From the NCBI GenBank assembly GCA_028284295.1, contig JANQSB010000068.1:5571-69570 (forward strand): a stretch of DNA of 64,000 nt, written 5' to 3'. Of the stretch, positions 8,529 through 16,515 are shown in pieces; position 1 is the first letter of the stretch, and the number at the start of each line of letters is the position of its first letter. Made by a program: the position numbers and the translations under genes. Under the pieces are notes generated by a model, which did no database searches, was not told where the DNA came from, and saw only the letters and a list, made by a program, of their open reading frames with translations. The stretch comes from Myxococcota bacterium. Lineage in GTDB: Bacteria > Myxococcota_A > UBA9160 > UBA4427.

Positions 8529-10157
8529 TCAGCCGGACTTCCTGCGCGCCGCCAGGCGATGCTCCGACAGGGCCCGGTGCCCTTCGAGTCCGGCCACCAC
8601 GAGCTCGCGGTCGTTCTCGCCGAACTCCGTCTGGAGGTACGAGAGACCCGACATGACCGTATGGTCGACGAAACGCGCAGCCGACATGTCCACGACGACT
8701 CGGGGGGAGGACTCCTGGACGATCCGTTTGCGCAACGCGATCCAGGTGCTGAATACGGCGGATTGGTCGACCTGGATCGTCGTTTCCTCGCCGCTGCGTT
8801 CGGATGCGATGCTGGGCCGGAAGAGGGAGAGGATCGGCGTGCCGTTGATGACGTTCATGACCGCCTTGACCCCGATCCCGATGCCGATACCGACCAGCAG
8901 ATCGGTGGCGAGTACGCCCAGGATGGTCGAGGAGAAGACGATGAGCTGCTCCGGACCGACCTTGTACATGTGGATGAATTCGTGAGGTGACGCAAGTCGA
9001 AAGCCCGTGAACACGAGCATGGCCGCCAGTGCAGCCAACGGAATCTGGTTGATCAGTGCCGGAACGAGCGCGACGAAGGCTAGCAGGAAGATGCCGTGGA
9101 ACATGTTCGCGAATCGGGTGCGGGCACCGTTGTCGATGTTCGCCTTGCTTCGCACGATCTCGGAGATCATCGGCAGCCCGCCGATGAAGGCGGCTGCCGT
9201 GTTGCCGATGCCGACCGCGAGCAGGTCCTTGTCGAAGTCGGTCTTCCGGCGCCACGGATCGATCTGATCGATCGCCTTGGCGCTCAGGAGCGACTCGACG
9301 CTGCCGATGAGCGAGAACATCACGATGTACTTGATGCCGACGCTCGTCAGCACGCCGGAGAAATCGGGGAAGGTGAGCGCGGTGAACATGTTGCTCGGTA
9401 CGTCGACCAGGTAGTGCGGTCCGAGCGCGTGGTCGTGGCCGCGGAACGCGTAGACCTGCTCGATACCGATGCCGAAGTACATGCCGAGCGGGACCGCGAT
9501 CAGGAGGACGAGCATCGGGGCCGGGACGATCTTGAGTCTCGGATTCCGGATGAACGGGAAGCCGAACATGATCACGAGGCTGAGGCCGCCGATGACCGCG
9601 ATCGCCGGGTTCATCTCCACGAAGTAGCTCGGAATCGCGGCGATGCGCTCCAGCGGGGTCCCCGACGCCTGGACGCCGAGCGCGATCGGGATCTGGGTCG
9701 ACATCACGAGAAAGCCGATCGAAGCGAGCAGGCCGTGAACCACCGCGGTCGGAAAGAACTCGCCCAGGACGCCCAGCCGGAAGACGCCGAAGAGGATCTG
9801 GATGGCACCCGCGGCGACCCCGACGCCCAGCGCCAGCCGGTAGGCATGGAGATCCGCCGCCGGATCCGCGCCCCCGGTGAACCCGAACTCGGTCACACAG
9901 CCCAGTGCGACGACGATGAGCCCGGCCGCCGGCCCCTTGATGGTGAGCTCGGAGTTGCTCAGGAAGGCGGACAGGATCCCGCCGATGATGGCGGTGAAGA
10001 CGCCTGCGATCGCGGGGTACCCGCACGCCAGCGAGATCGCCAGACAGAGGGGAAGCGCAATCAGGAAGACGAGGAACCCCGACAGCGCGTCGGCTCCGAA
10101 GTTTCGCTTCAAGCCCTGGAGCGTCCCTACGGGGACATCCGAGGTCTCGGGGTTCAC
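8529..10157 (-). CDS. SulP-family anion transporter with C-terminal STAS domain (BicA/sulfate-permease class)
   Basis: 542 aa. Polytopic core (GFLVFLIALPLCLAISLACGYP..., IKGPAAGLIVV...). C-terminal STAS-like VVVDMSAARFVDHTVMSGLSYLQTEFGENDRELVVAGL. GTG start with a GAGGGAGG RBS-like run upstream. Confidence 0.9.
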   Translation of the reverse strand: MNPETSDVPVGTLQGLKRNFGADALSGFLVFLIALPLCLAISLACGYPAIAGVFTAIIGGILSAFLSNSELTIKGPAAGLIVVALGCVTEFGFTGGADPAADLHAYRLALGVGVAAGAIQILFGVFRLGVLGEFFPTAVVHGLLASIGFLVMSTQIPIALGVQASGTPLERIAAIPSYFVEMNPAIAVIGGLSLVIMFGFPFIRNPRLKIVPAPMLVLLIAVPLGMYFGIGIEQVYAFRGHDHALGPHYLVDVPSNMFTALTFPDFSGVLTSVGIKYIVMFSLIGSVESLLSAKAIDQIDPWRRKTDFDKDLLAVGIGNTAAAFIGGLPMISEIVRSKANIDNGARTRFANMFHGIFLLAFVALVPALINQIPLAALAAMLVFTGFRLASPHEFIHMYKVGPEQLIVFSSTILGVLATDLLVGIGIGIGVKAVMNVINGTPILSLFRPSIASERSGEETTIQVDQSAVFSTWIALRKRIVQESSPRVVVDMSAARFVDHTVMSGLSYLQTEFGENDRELVVAGLEGHRALSEHRLAARRKSG

Positions 10158-10357
10158 GCGGCCCTCCCTCGTGCTGGCCCGGAGAGGCTGTTTGCATCAA
10201 GATCGCCTTCGCTGCCAGCCCTCCTCGGCGGTCTTCGACGGCGCGGCCCCGACGTACTGCGCCGTCCGAGCGCGTGGGGGAGGGCCCGAGCGCCCCGAGA
10301 CGCCGGCTCGCGAGCCCGTCGGGCCGGGGTGGACGCGTGCCGACCGCTGCCGCGCCG

Positions 10358-10388
10358 AAGAATTCATCAGATATTTCAATGATTTATC
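10358..10388 (-). promoter_or_regulatory. AT-rich island in the 405-bp region upstream of the sulP-dabA-mrp operon (candidate promoter/regulator site)
   Basis: aagaattcatcagatatttcaatgatttatc stands out against the GC-rich background. On the minus strand it contains TTGAAA and ATAAAT hexamers and an ATA-N11-TAT dyad. Confidence 0.25.
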
Positions 10389-10562
10389 GGTGAAGTTGCG
10401 GTGCGATGGAGGGACTCGGGTCCCTTCCGTCCTCTGGGAGGACACGCTCTCGGACAGGGATGCCGCTCTGGTGGTGCACCCAGCCCATCAGGCTCGACGG
10501 GCTCCGGATCGCCCGGGGGCCGGGACACGCCTCGTCCATGCGGGGCCTCCGGTCTGCCGCGG

Positions 10563-12029
10563 CTATTCGCCGAGCAGGTTGCCCACGCACTCGTCGAACA
10601 TCGCGACGAAGCGATCGTTGTCGTCTTCGGTCGTGTACGGAGACGTCAGGATCATGTTCTCCCAGGGCATCACCACGAAGCCCCGGTTGAGGGCGAAGAG
10701 ATTGAAGTACTCGTGGTAGCCGCCCAGGCCGATGCTGCGAACGGCGTCGAGACAGGTGTACGAATCGGTCGGTACGAAGTTGAGGTGCATCCGGGCGCCG
10801 GTCTGGGTGATCGAGAAGTCGACCTGGCGGCGCTCGATCACGCCACGCATCCCTCGAACGAGGTGGTCCATGGCGCCGACCATCCTTCCGTATGTCTCGT
10901 CGGTGTAGTAGTGCTCGAGGGCCAGCCGCAGGGCGCGCACCGCCAGGGGATTCGCGGCCATGGTCGTACCCTGGCCCAGGAAGCTCAGCACGCCCGCGCC
11001 GCCGGGCACGCTGAGGTCGTTCACCTTGGCGGCGTAGGCGTCTCCCACGGCTTCGCTCATTCCCAGGACGCCACACGGGATGCCTCCGGCGATGGGCTTT
11101 CCGGTCGTCCACATGTCGCCCTTCAAGTCCAGCTCCGTGAACATGCCGCGGGGCGTACTGGCCAGGGTGTGGGTCTCGTCGATGAGGAGCAGCGTCCCGT
11201 ACCGGTCGCAGAGCTCCCGGACGCCCTCGAAGTACCCGGGGCGGGGCACCACGAAGCCGCCGTCGGTCATCACGGGTTCGGTGACGAATACCGCGACGTC
11301 CCGGTCCCGAAGCGCGGCTTCGACGGAGTCGAGGTCGTTGAACTCGGCGATCTTCACCGCCGGGTCCGCGTGGCCCGGGAGGTAGTGGGGCCAGCGGGTC
11401 ACGGGCGGGAGATTCGGCTGGGGCTTCCAGTACATGCCCTCCTCGGGCGCGCCCATGTAGCCGAAGTTCGGGCTCAGGACCTTTCGCCGCCCGGTGACGA
11501 TCCGGGCGATGCTGATCGCGTTGCGGTTGGCGTCCGACGCGGAGAGCGTCATGAACCAGTACTTGAGGTCGATCATCTCCTGGAGGAGCCGCGTCGCGAG
11601 TACCGCTTCCTCGTTGGGGACCAGGCAGCCGAACGACTCGGACCGGACCGCCTCGGCGATGCCGCGGGTGACCTCGTCGTCCGGGGCGTGGCCCCAGAGG
11701 GTCGGCCCGTCGGCGTAGAAGTAGTCGACGTACTCGTTGCCGTCGGCGTCCCAGCAGCGCTGGTTCTTGGCCCTGTCCCAGTACCACAGATGGGGCAGGA
11801 GGAAGTCGTCGTTGCGCGGGTCGGGCATCCGCCAGTGGTTGCACCAGATGTTCGCCGTGCCGTTGACCATCGACTCCTTCGCTTCCTGGAAGCGCTCGGC
11901 GCTCTTCGGCGTTCGCGCGACGAAGAGCGAGACCTCGTCGTCGATGCGCTTCCACACCTGCTCCAGATCGATGCGGTCGTGGCGGGGGACGAGGTCGGCG
12001 GTCATGAAATCCCGGTCGTCGATGTTCAT
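10563..12029 (-). CDS. Class-III (GSA-aminomutase-like) PLP aminotransferase, 488 aa
   Basis: C-terminal part of ORF 10563..13322, from ATG 12029 (MNIDDRDFMT...), preceded by AGGAG. LLIDETHT...TTGKPIAGGIPCGVLG contains the PLP-lysine context. Confidence 0.85.
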   Translation of the reverse strand: MNIDDRDFMTADLVPRHDRIDLEQVWKRIDDEVSLFVARTPKSAERFQEAKESMVNGTANIWCNHWRMPDPRNDDFLLPHLWYWDRAKNQRCWDADGNEYVDYFYADGPTLWGHAPDDEVTRGIAEAVRSESFGCLVPNEEAVLATRLLQEMIDLKYWFMTLSASDANRNAISIARIVTGRRKVLSPNFGYMGAPEEGMYWKPQPNLPPVTRWPHYLPGHADPAVKIAEFNDLDSVEAALRDRDVAVFVTEPVMTDGGFVVPRPGYFEGVRELCDRYGTLLLIDETHTLASTPRGMFTELDLKGDMWTTGKPIAGGIPCGVLGMSEAVGDAYAAKVNDLSVPGGAGVLSFLGQGTTMAANPLAVRALRLALEHYYTDETYGRMVGAMDHLVRGMRGVIERRQVDFSITQTGARMHLNFVPTDSYTCLDAVRSIGLGGYHEYFNLFALNRGFVVMPWENMILTSPYTTEDDNDRFVAMFDECVGNLLGE

Positions 12030-12073
12030 CAGGGGGCTCCTTCTGGGGTGGAGGTGGTGGTCTTCGGCCCTCG

Positions 12074-13465
12074 CTAGGACGCGAAGCCGAGCCTGAGTCG
12101 GTCGAGGATCCGGAGCCACCAGCCGCGAGTTCCGGTCCGGTCGGCCCGGGCGAGTGCCGCCTGGGTGGCCGCGACCGCAAGCGATCGCACGGGCTCGGGG
12201 GGCCAGGGGAACGAGCGCTTGCGGACGATCTCGAGGGACAGGTGCGGGGCCTGTCGCCCGTCGAGCAGGTCCAGTGCGACGCGTGCCCCGAAGCGGCTGG
12301 CGACGACACCCGATCCCGTATACCCGGTGGCCCACGCGACGCGGCCTTCGTGCGCGCAGCCGACGTCCATGCAGAAGCGGGTGGTCGAGGCGATCGGGCC
12401 GCCCCAGCCGTGCGTGAAGCGAAGCCCCTCGAGCTGGGGGAAGGTCTCGAAGAAACGCCTTGCCAGGCCCCGGAAGCTCTCGGGCCGCTGCTCGAAGCGC
12501 TTCTCCAGGCGGCTGCCGAAGTGGTAGATGGCGTCGAAGCCGCCCCACAGGATCCGGTCGTCGGCGGTCGGACGGTAGTAGTGGAAGAGGTTGCTGGCGT
12601 CGCCCACGCCCTGGCGGTTCGCCCAGCCGATCGATTGCATCTGACTCGTCGAGAGCGGCTCCGTCACGAGGACGTAGTCCCAGATGGGGATCGTCCGGCG
12701 CCGGACGCTCGCGAGCGGGCTCGGGAAGGCATTGGTCGCCAGCACGACCTGGTCCGCACGGAGCCTGCCGCCTGGGCTGGCGAGCTCGATTCCGGACCCC
12801 GTGGCTTGCAGGCCCGTCACCGGCGTCTCCTCGAAGACCCGGACGCCCAGCCGCTTCACCGTCCGCAGCAGGCCCCACACGAGGCGGGCCGGATCGAGGA
12901 TTCCGCCGTGCTCGTGCCAGATGCCAGCGAGCAGGGCAGGGGAGTGCAGCTCCCGCCGGACCGCGTCCCGATCGAGGAAGGTGGCCTTCTGGCCCAGGCC
13001 CTGGAGGACCCGCTCGTAGATGCGCAGCGGGTCGACCTCGTGCGGCGCGCGAGCGACGCCCAGAGTACCCGTCTCCTCGATGCGCGCGTCGATCCCGTGG
13101 CGTTTGGCGTCGTCGACCAGGCCGCGGAAGGTGGCCGTGCCGATCTCCTCGAGCTGCGGGACCTCCTCCGGGAAGTGCTGCAGGGCGTTGACGAGCCCGT
13201 GCGTGATGGAGGGGCTCGCGAAGCCGCCGTTCCGCCCCGAAGCGCCGTCCCCGATGGTGCTCGCCTCGACCAGGACGACGCGGCGCCCCGGAGAGTCCTC
13301 CACCGCCTGGAGGGCTGCCCACAGGCCGGTGAATCCTCCGCCGACGATCGCGAGGTCGGCGCGCGTGTCGCCCGCAAGCGCCTCGGCGGGCTCCGGGCGC
13401 TCGGGCCGGTCCAGCCAGTAGCAGGCGGGGCGGGTCTCCTCGAGAGCCTTCAGGAAGGGCTGCAT
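12074..13465 (-). CDS. FAD-dependent oxidoreductase (DAO/amine-oxidase-type)
   Basis: 463 aa. ADLAIVGGGFTGLWAAL dinucleotide fold followed by GASGRNGGF. Confidence 0.85.
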   Translation of the reverse strand: MQPFLKALEETRPACYWLDRPERPEPAEALAGDTRADLAIVGGGFTGLWAALQAVEDSPGRRVVLVEASTIGDGASGRNGGFASPSITHGLVNALQHFPEEVPQLEEIGTATFRGLVDDAKRHGIDARIEETGTLGVARAPHEVDPLRIYERVLQGLGQKATFLDRDAVRRELHSPALLAGIWHEHGGILDPARLVWGLLRTVKRLGVRVFEETPVTGLQATGSGIELASPGGRLRADQVVLATNAFPSPLASVRRRTIPIWDYVLVTEPLSTSQMQSIGWANRQGVGDASNLFHYYRPTADDRILWGGFDAIYHFGSRLEKRFEQRPESFRGLARRFFETFPQLEGLRFTHGWGGPIASTTRFCMDVGCAHEGRVAWATGYTGSGVVASRFGARVALDLLDGRQAPHLSLEIVRKRSFPWPPEPVRSLAVAATQAALARADRTGTRGWWLRILDRLRLGFAS

Positions 13466-13472
13466 GACCGGG

Positions 13473-14075
13473 TCACGCCTCCGATCGCAGGAGCGCCGGC
13501 AGGACGCGCTCGATCTGGCGCCCCAGGTCGGCGGGCTTCCGGTTCGGCTCGGTGAGGCACGCGAGCTCGAACGCCCGCGTGAGGCCCATGATGATCCGCG
13601 CCGCCTCGCGCGGACGCGGCGCGCCCCGCTCCTCGAGCACCTGGGCGATCTCGCTCTCCATCCGGCGCTGCCAGCGGTGGTACTCGCGCGCCAGGGCCTC
13701 GTTGCGAGCGGCGTAGAGGATGAGCTCGTACTCCGCGGCGAGCATCTCGCGCTCCCGGAGCTGGCGCTTCTGCAGCTCCACGCTGAAGTCCACGACGCTC
13801 CAGCCCCCCTCCGCCCGCTCCTCGAAGAGCCCTTCGAGCATCGCGAGGTAGGCCGCGATGTAGTGGCGGAAGGCGGCCAGCACGATGCCGTCCCGGGACG
13901 CGAAGTGATAGGTGAGGGTGCCGTGGGTCAGGCCCGCTTCCCTGGCGACGCTGCGGTGGGTCACGGCTTCGACACCGCCGCGGGCGACCACGCGAAGCGC
14001 CGCCTCGAGGATGCCCTGTCGCGTGCGCTCGCTCCGGCTCCGCCGGACGCCGTCGGCTGCTTCGATCGTTTGCAT
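13473..14075 (-). CDS. TetR-family transcriptional regulator
   Basis: 200 aa. N-terminal HTH region (RQGILEAALRVVARGGVEAVTHRSVAREAGLTHGTLTYHF). Confidence 0.9.
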   Translation of the reverse strand: MQTIEAADGVRRSRSERTRQGILEAALRVVARGGVEAVTHRSVAREAGLTHGTLTYHFASRDGIVLAAFRHYIAAYLAMLEGLFEERAEGGWSVVDFSVELQKRQLREREMLAAEYELILYAARNEALAREYHRWQRRMESEIAQVLEERGAPRPREAARIIMGLTRAFELACLTEPNRKPADLGRQIERVLPALLRSEA

Positions 14076-14084
14076 TCGTCCAAA

Positions 14085-14103
14085 TGTACGATAAATTCGT
14101 ACA
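14085..14103. promoter_or_regulatory. Inverted repeat TGTACGA-N5-TCGTACA (candidate TetR operator) in a divergent intergenic region
   Basis: Perfect 7-bp arms read directly, 10 nt from the TetR start codon. Flanked by the direct repeats ATTCGTcCAAA and ATTCGTaCAAA. Confidence 0.4.
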
Positions 14104-14161
14104 AACGCAAGAGGCGCATCATCGAGGCGCAGCTCCTTCTCGACCCTGCCGGAGGACCCTC

Positions 14162-15442
14162 ATGAACGAGTCGACCCGTCGGCTGGCCGAGCGACGCGAG
14201 CGCGTATTCGGTGCCGGCGCGAAGCTCTTCTACGACGAGCCGCTCGAGCTGGTGCGAGGTGAGGGCGTGCACGTGTTCGACGCGGAGGGCCGCCGCTACC
14301 TCGACCTCTACAACAACGTGCCGTGCGTCGGGCATGCCCACCCGCATGTGGTCCGGTCGATCCAGCGCCAGGTCGAGACCCTGAACGTCCACAGCCGCTA
14401 CCTGCACGAAGGGGTGGTGCGCTATGCGGAGCGGATCGTGGCGCGCCACCACGAGTCGCTCGAACGCGTCGTCTTCACCTGCACCGGCAGCGAGGCCAAC
14501 GAGGTCGCGATCGGGATGGCGCGCGCCGCGACGGGCAAGCGGGGAATCGTCTGCTCGGACCGGGCATACCACGGCAATACCGAGCTGGTGCACAAGCTCA
14601 CCTGGGCGGGGGGGCGGCCGGACCCCGAGCTGCGCGCCGTTCGCTTTCCACAGCGCTATCGGCCCGTGGAGGAGGGGCTCTCGGACGACGAGCTGTGCGA
14701 GCGCTACCTCGACGACCTGCGGGAGGCGATCGAGAGCCTCACGGCCAGCGACGTGGGGTTGGCCTGCCTGGTGGTGTGCCCTCTCTTCGCCAACGAAGGC
14801 CTTCCGGACGTACCCGGCGACTACCTGGCCCGCGCCGCCGAGCTCGTGCGCGAGGCGGGCGGACTCGTCGTCGCAGACGAGGTCCAGGCGGGCTTCGCGC
14901 GGAGCGGGCAGTGGTGGGGCTACGAGACGGCGGGCTTCGTGCCCGACATCGCGACGATGGGCAAGCCGATGGGCGCCGGCGTGCCCTTCGCGGGAGCCGT
15001 CGCGCGCGCCGAGCTCGTCGAGCGCTTCCGCAAGCACACCGGCTACTTCAACACCTTCGCGGCCAGCCCGCTCCAGGCCGCGGCGGGCGCCGCGGTCCTC
15101 GACGTCATCGAGGAGGAGAGGCTGGACCGGAACGCGCGCGAGGTGGGTGCCCATCTCGCGGAAGGGCTCCGACGAATCGACTGCCCCGGGATCGGAGACG
15201 TCCGCGGGCGCGGCCTGTTTCTCGGAGTCGACTGGGTGAACGACCGGGAAGCCAGGACGCCGGACCGCGACGGTGCGCGTCGGGTCGTGAACCGACTGCG
15301 GGAGCGCGGCTTCCTGCTGGAGAGCGCCGGGGCGCACTTCAACGTGCTCAAGATCCGCCCCCCGCTCGTCTTCGGGCGCGACCACGCGGATCTCTTCCTC
15401 GAGGCGTTCGAAGAAACGCTGCGCGAGGTGTCTCGAAGTTGA
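14162..15442 (+). CDS. Class-III PLP enzyme of the AGXT2L type (aminotransferase or O-phospho-amino-alcohol phospho-lyase), 426 aa
   Basis: ORF 14084..15442 trimmed to ATG 14162, behind a GGAGGA RBS. VVADEVQAGFARSG...FVPDIATMGKPMGAGVPFAG closely resembles the DEVQ.GF.R.G...PDI.TMGKPMGNG.P block of AGXT2L1/2. Confidence 0.85.
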   Translation: MNESTRRLAERRERVFGAGAKLFYDEPLELVRGEGVHVFDAEGRRYLDLYNNVPCVGHAHPHVVRSIQRQVETLNVHSRYLHEGVVRYAERIVARHHESLERVVFTCTGSEANEVAIGMARAATGKRGIVCSDRAYHGNTELVHKLTWAGGRPDPELRAVRFPQRYRPVEEGLSDDELCERYLDDLREAIESLTASDVGLACLVVCPLFANEGLPDVPGDYLARAAELVREAGGLVVADEVQAGFARSGQWWGYETAGFVPDIATMGKPMGAGVPFAGAVARAELVERFRKHTGYFNTFAASPLQAAAGAAVLDVIEEERLDRNAREVGAHLAEGLRRIDCPGIGDVRGRGLFLGVDWVNDREARTPDRDGARRVVNRLRERGFLLESAGAHFNVLKIRPPLVFGRDHADLFLEAFEETLREVSRS

Positions 15443-15456
15443 AGGCGGACCCGAAG

Positions 15457-16428
15457 ATGGAGCGCCTGGCCCGCGAGGCCCTCGCCGCCTGGGACCTGGT
15501 GCCTGCCGAGCTCGACCTCGTCTCGGTGAGTGAGAACTTCGTCTACCGGGTCGCGTCGGCCGACGGTGAGCGCTTCGCGCTGCGCGTCCACCGGCCGGGC
15601 TACCACACCCTCGCGGAGCTCGAGTCCGAGACGCAATGGACGCGTGCGCTGGAGCAGGCCGGCATCGGTGCACCCCTCGCCATCCCGGCACGGAACGGGA
15701 GGCACTACGTCGAGGCCGGGCCGGCGGGGTGCGGCGAAGCCCGCTTCGTGGGTCTCACCCGTTGGCTCGAAGGCACACCGCTCCACGAGATGGGCAGCGC
15801 CGCGGAGGACGCCGGCGCCGAGAGCTACCGGCAGCTCGGAGCCCTGATGGCCGCCATGCACGATCAGGCCGTCGCGTGGCAGCCTCCGACCGGGTTCACG
15901 CGTCATGCGCTCGACGCCGACGGCCTGATGGGCGACGCGCCCTTCTGGGGTCGCTTCTGGGACCTGCCCCGGCTCTCGTCCGCGCAGCGCACGCTGCTGG
16001 ACGAGGCGCGGCAAGCGCTCCACCGAAGCTTCACGGCCTACGGGAAGTCTCGCGCGTACTCCATGATCCACGCGGACCTGCACGCGGCGAACGTCCTCGT
16101 CGTCGAGGGTCGCCCCTGTGCGATCGACTTCGACGACGCCGGGCTCGGCTGGCACGTCTACGACCTGGCGGTGGCGCTCTTCGACGAGCTCGACAAGCCC
16201 TCCTACGAGGCAACGCGGGACGCGCTGGTGGCCGGCTACCGCTCGCGTCGCGCGTTCCCGGACGAGGACCTCGAACGGCTGCCCGACTTCCTGCTGGCGC
16301 GAACGCTCGCCCTCGTGGGGTGGCTCCACGCGAGACCCGAGGTCCCGCTCCACGCCGTCCTGCCGCAGGCCATCGAGCTGGCCTGCGAGCGCGCGACGGC
16401 CTGGATGGACGGGGGCGCGAGGCGCTGA
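15457..16428 (+). CDS. APH-fold small-molecule kinase (homoserine-kinase type II / hydroxylysine-kinase-like), 323 aa
   Basis: In-frame tail of ORF 14323..16428, from ATG 15457 (MERLAREALAAWDL...). Catalytic MIHADLHAANVLV and IDFDDAG motifs. Confidence 0.8.
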   Translation: MERLAREALAAWDLVPAELDLVSVSENFVYRVASADGERFALRVHRPGYHTLAELESETQWTRALEQAGIGAPLAIPARNGRHYVEAGPAGCGEARFVGLTRWLEGTPLHEMGSAAEDAGAESYRQLGALMAAMHDQAVAWQPPTGFTRHALDADGLMGDAPFWGRFWDLPRLSSAQRTLLDEARQALHRSFTAYGKSRAYSMIHADLHAANVLVVEGRPCAIDFDDAGLGWHVYDLAVALFDELDKPSYEATRDALVAGYRSRRAFPDEDLERLPDFLLARTLALVGWLHARPEVPLHAVLPQAIELACERATAWMDGGARR

Positions 16429-16515
16429 GCCTTCGACAGGACGCGTCGAGGCACGTCGATGCCGAACGGTCCCACGCGGAGTCTCACCTGAGGCCGCCGA
16501 ACGGCGCGCCAGGGC

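Noticed and set aside
5194-8990. 989-aa minus ORF (5194..8163) and 1079-aa plus ORF (5751..8990) overlapping dabA
   Set aside because: Both are Arg/Pro/Gly-rich nonsense over most of their length. Only the last ~155 codons of 5194..8163 are real (mrpE). The DabA frame (5658..8525) carries all the family motifs.
1-10157. DabA locus as part of an autotrophic CO2-concentrating mechanism
   Set aside because: No RuBisCO, carboxysome shell, CbbR or canonical carbonic-anhydrase genes were seen anywhere in the window, so the CCM interpretation is unsupported here.
8335-10382. 621-aa minus and 428-aa plus ORFs over the SulP gene
   Set aside because: They are off-frame or antisense to the SulP frame, which has coherent TM segments and a STAS domain.
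10197-10445. 82-aa ORF inside the sulP upstream region
   Set aside because: It has no RBS and an unstructured Arg/Ser/Pro-rich sequence, and it spans the AT-rich island. It is more plausibly non-coding leader or promoter DNA.
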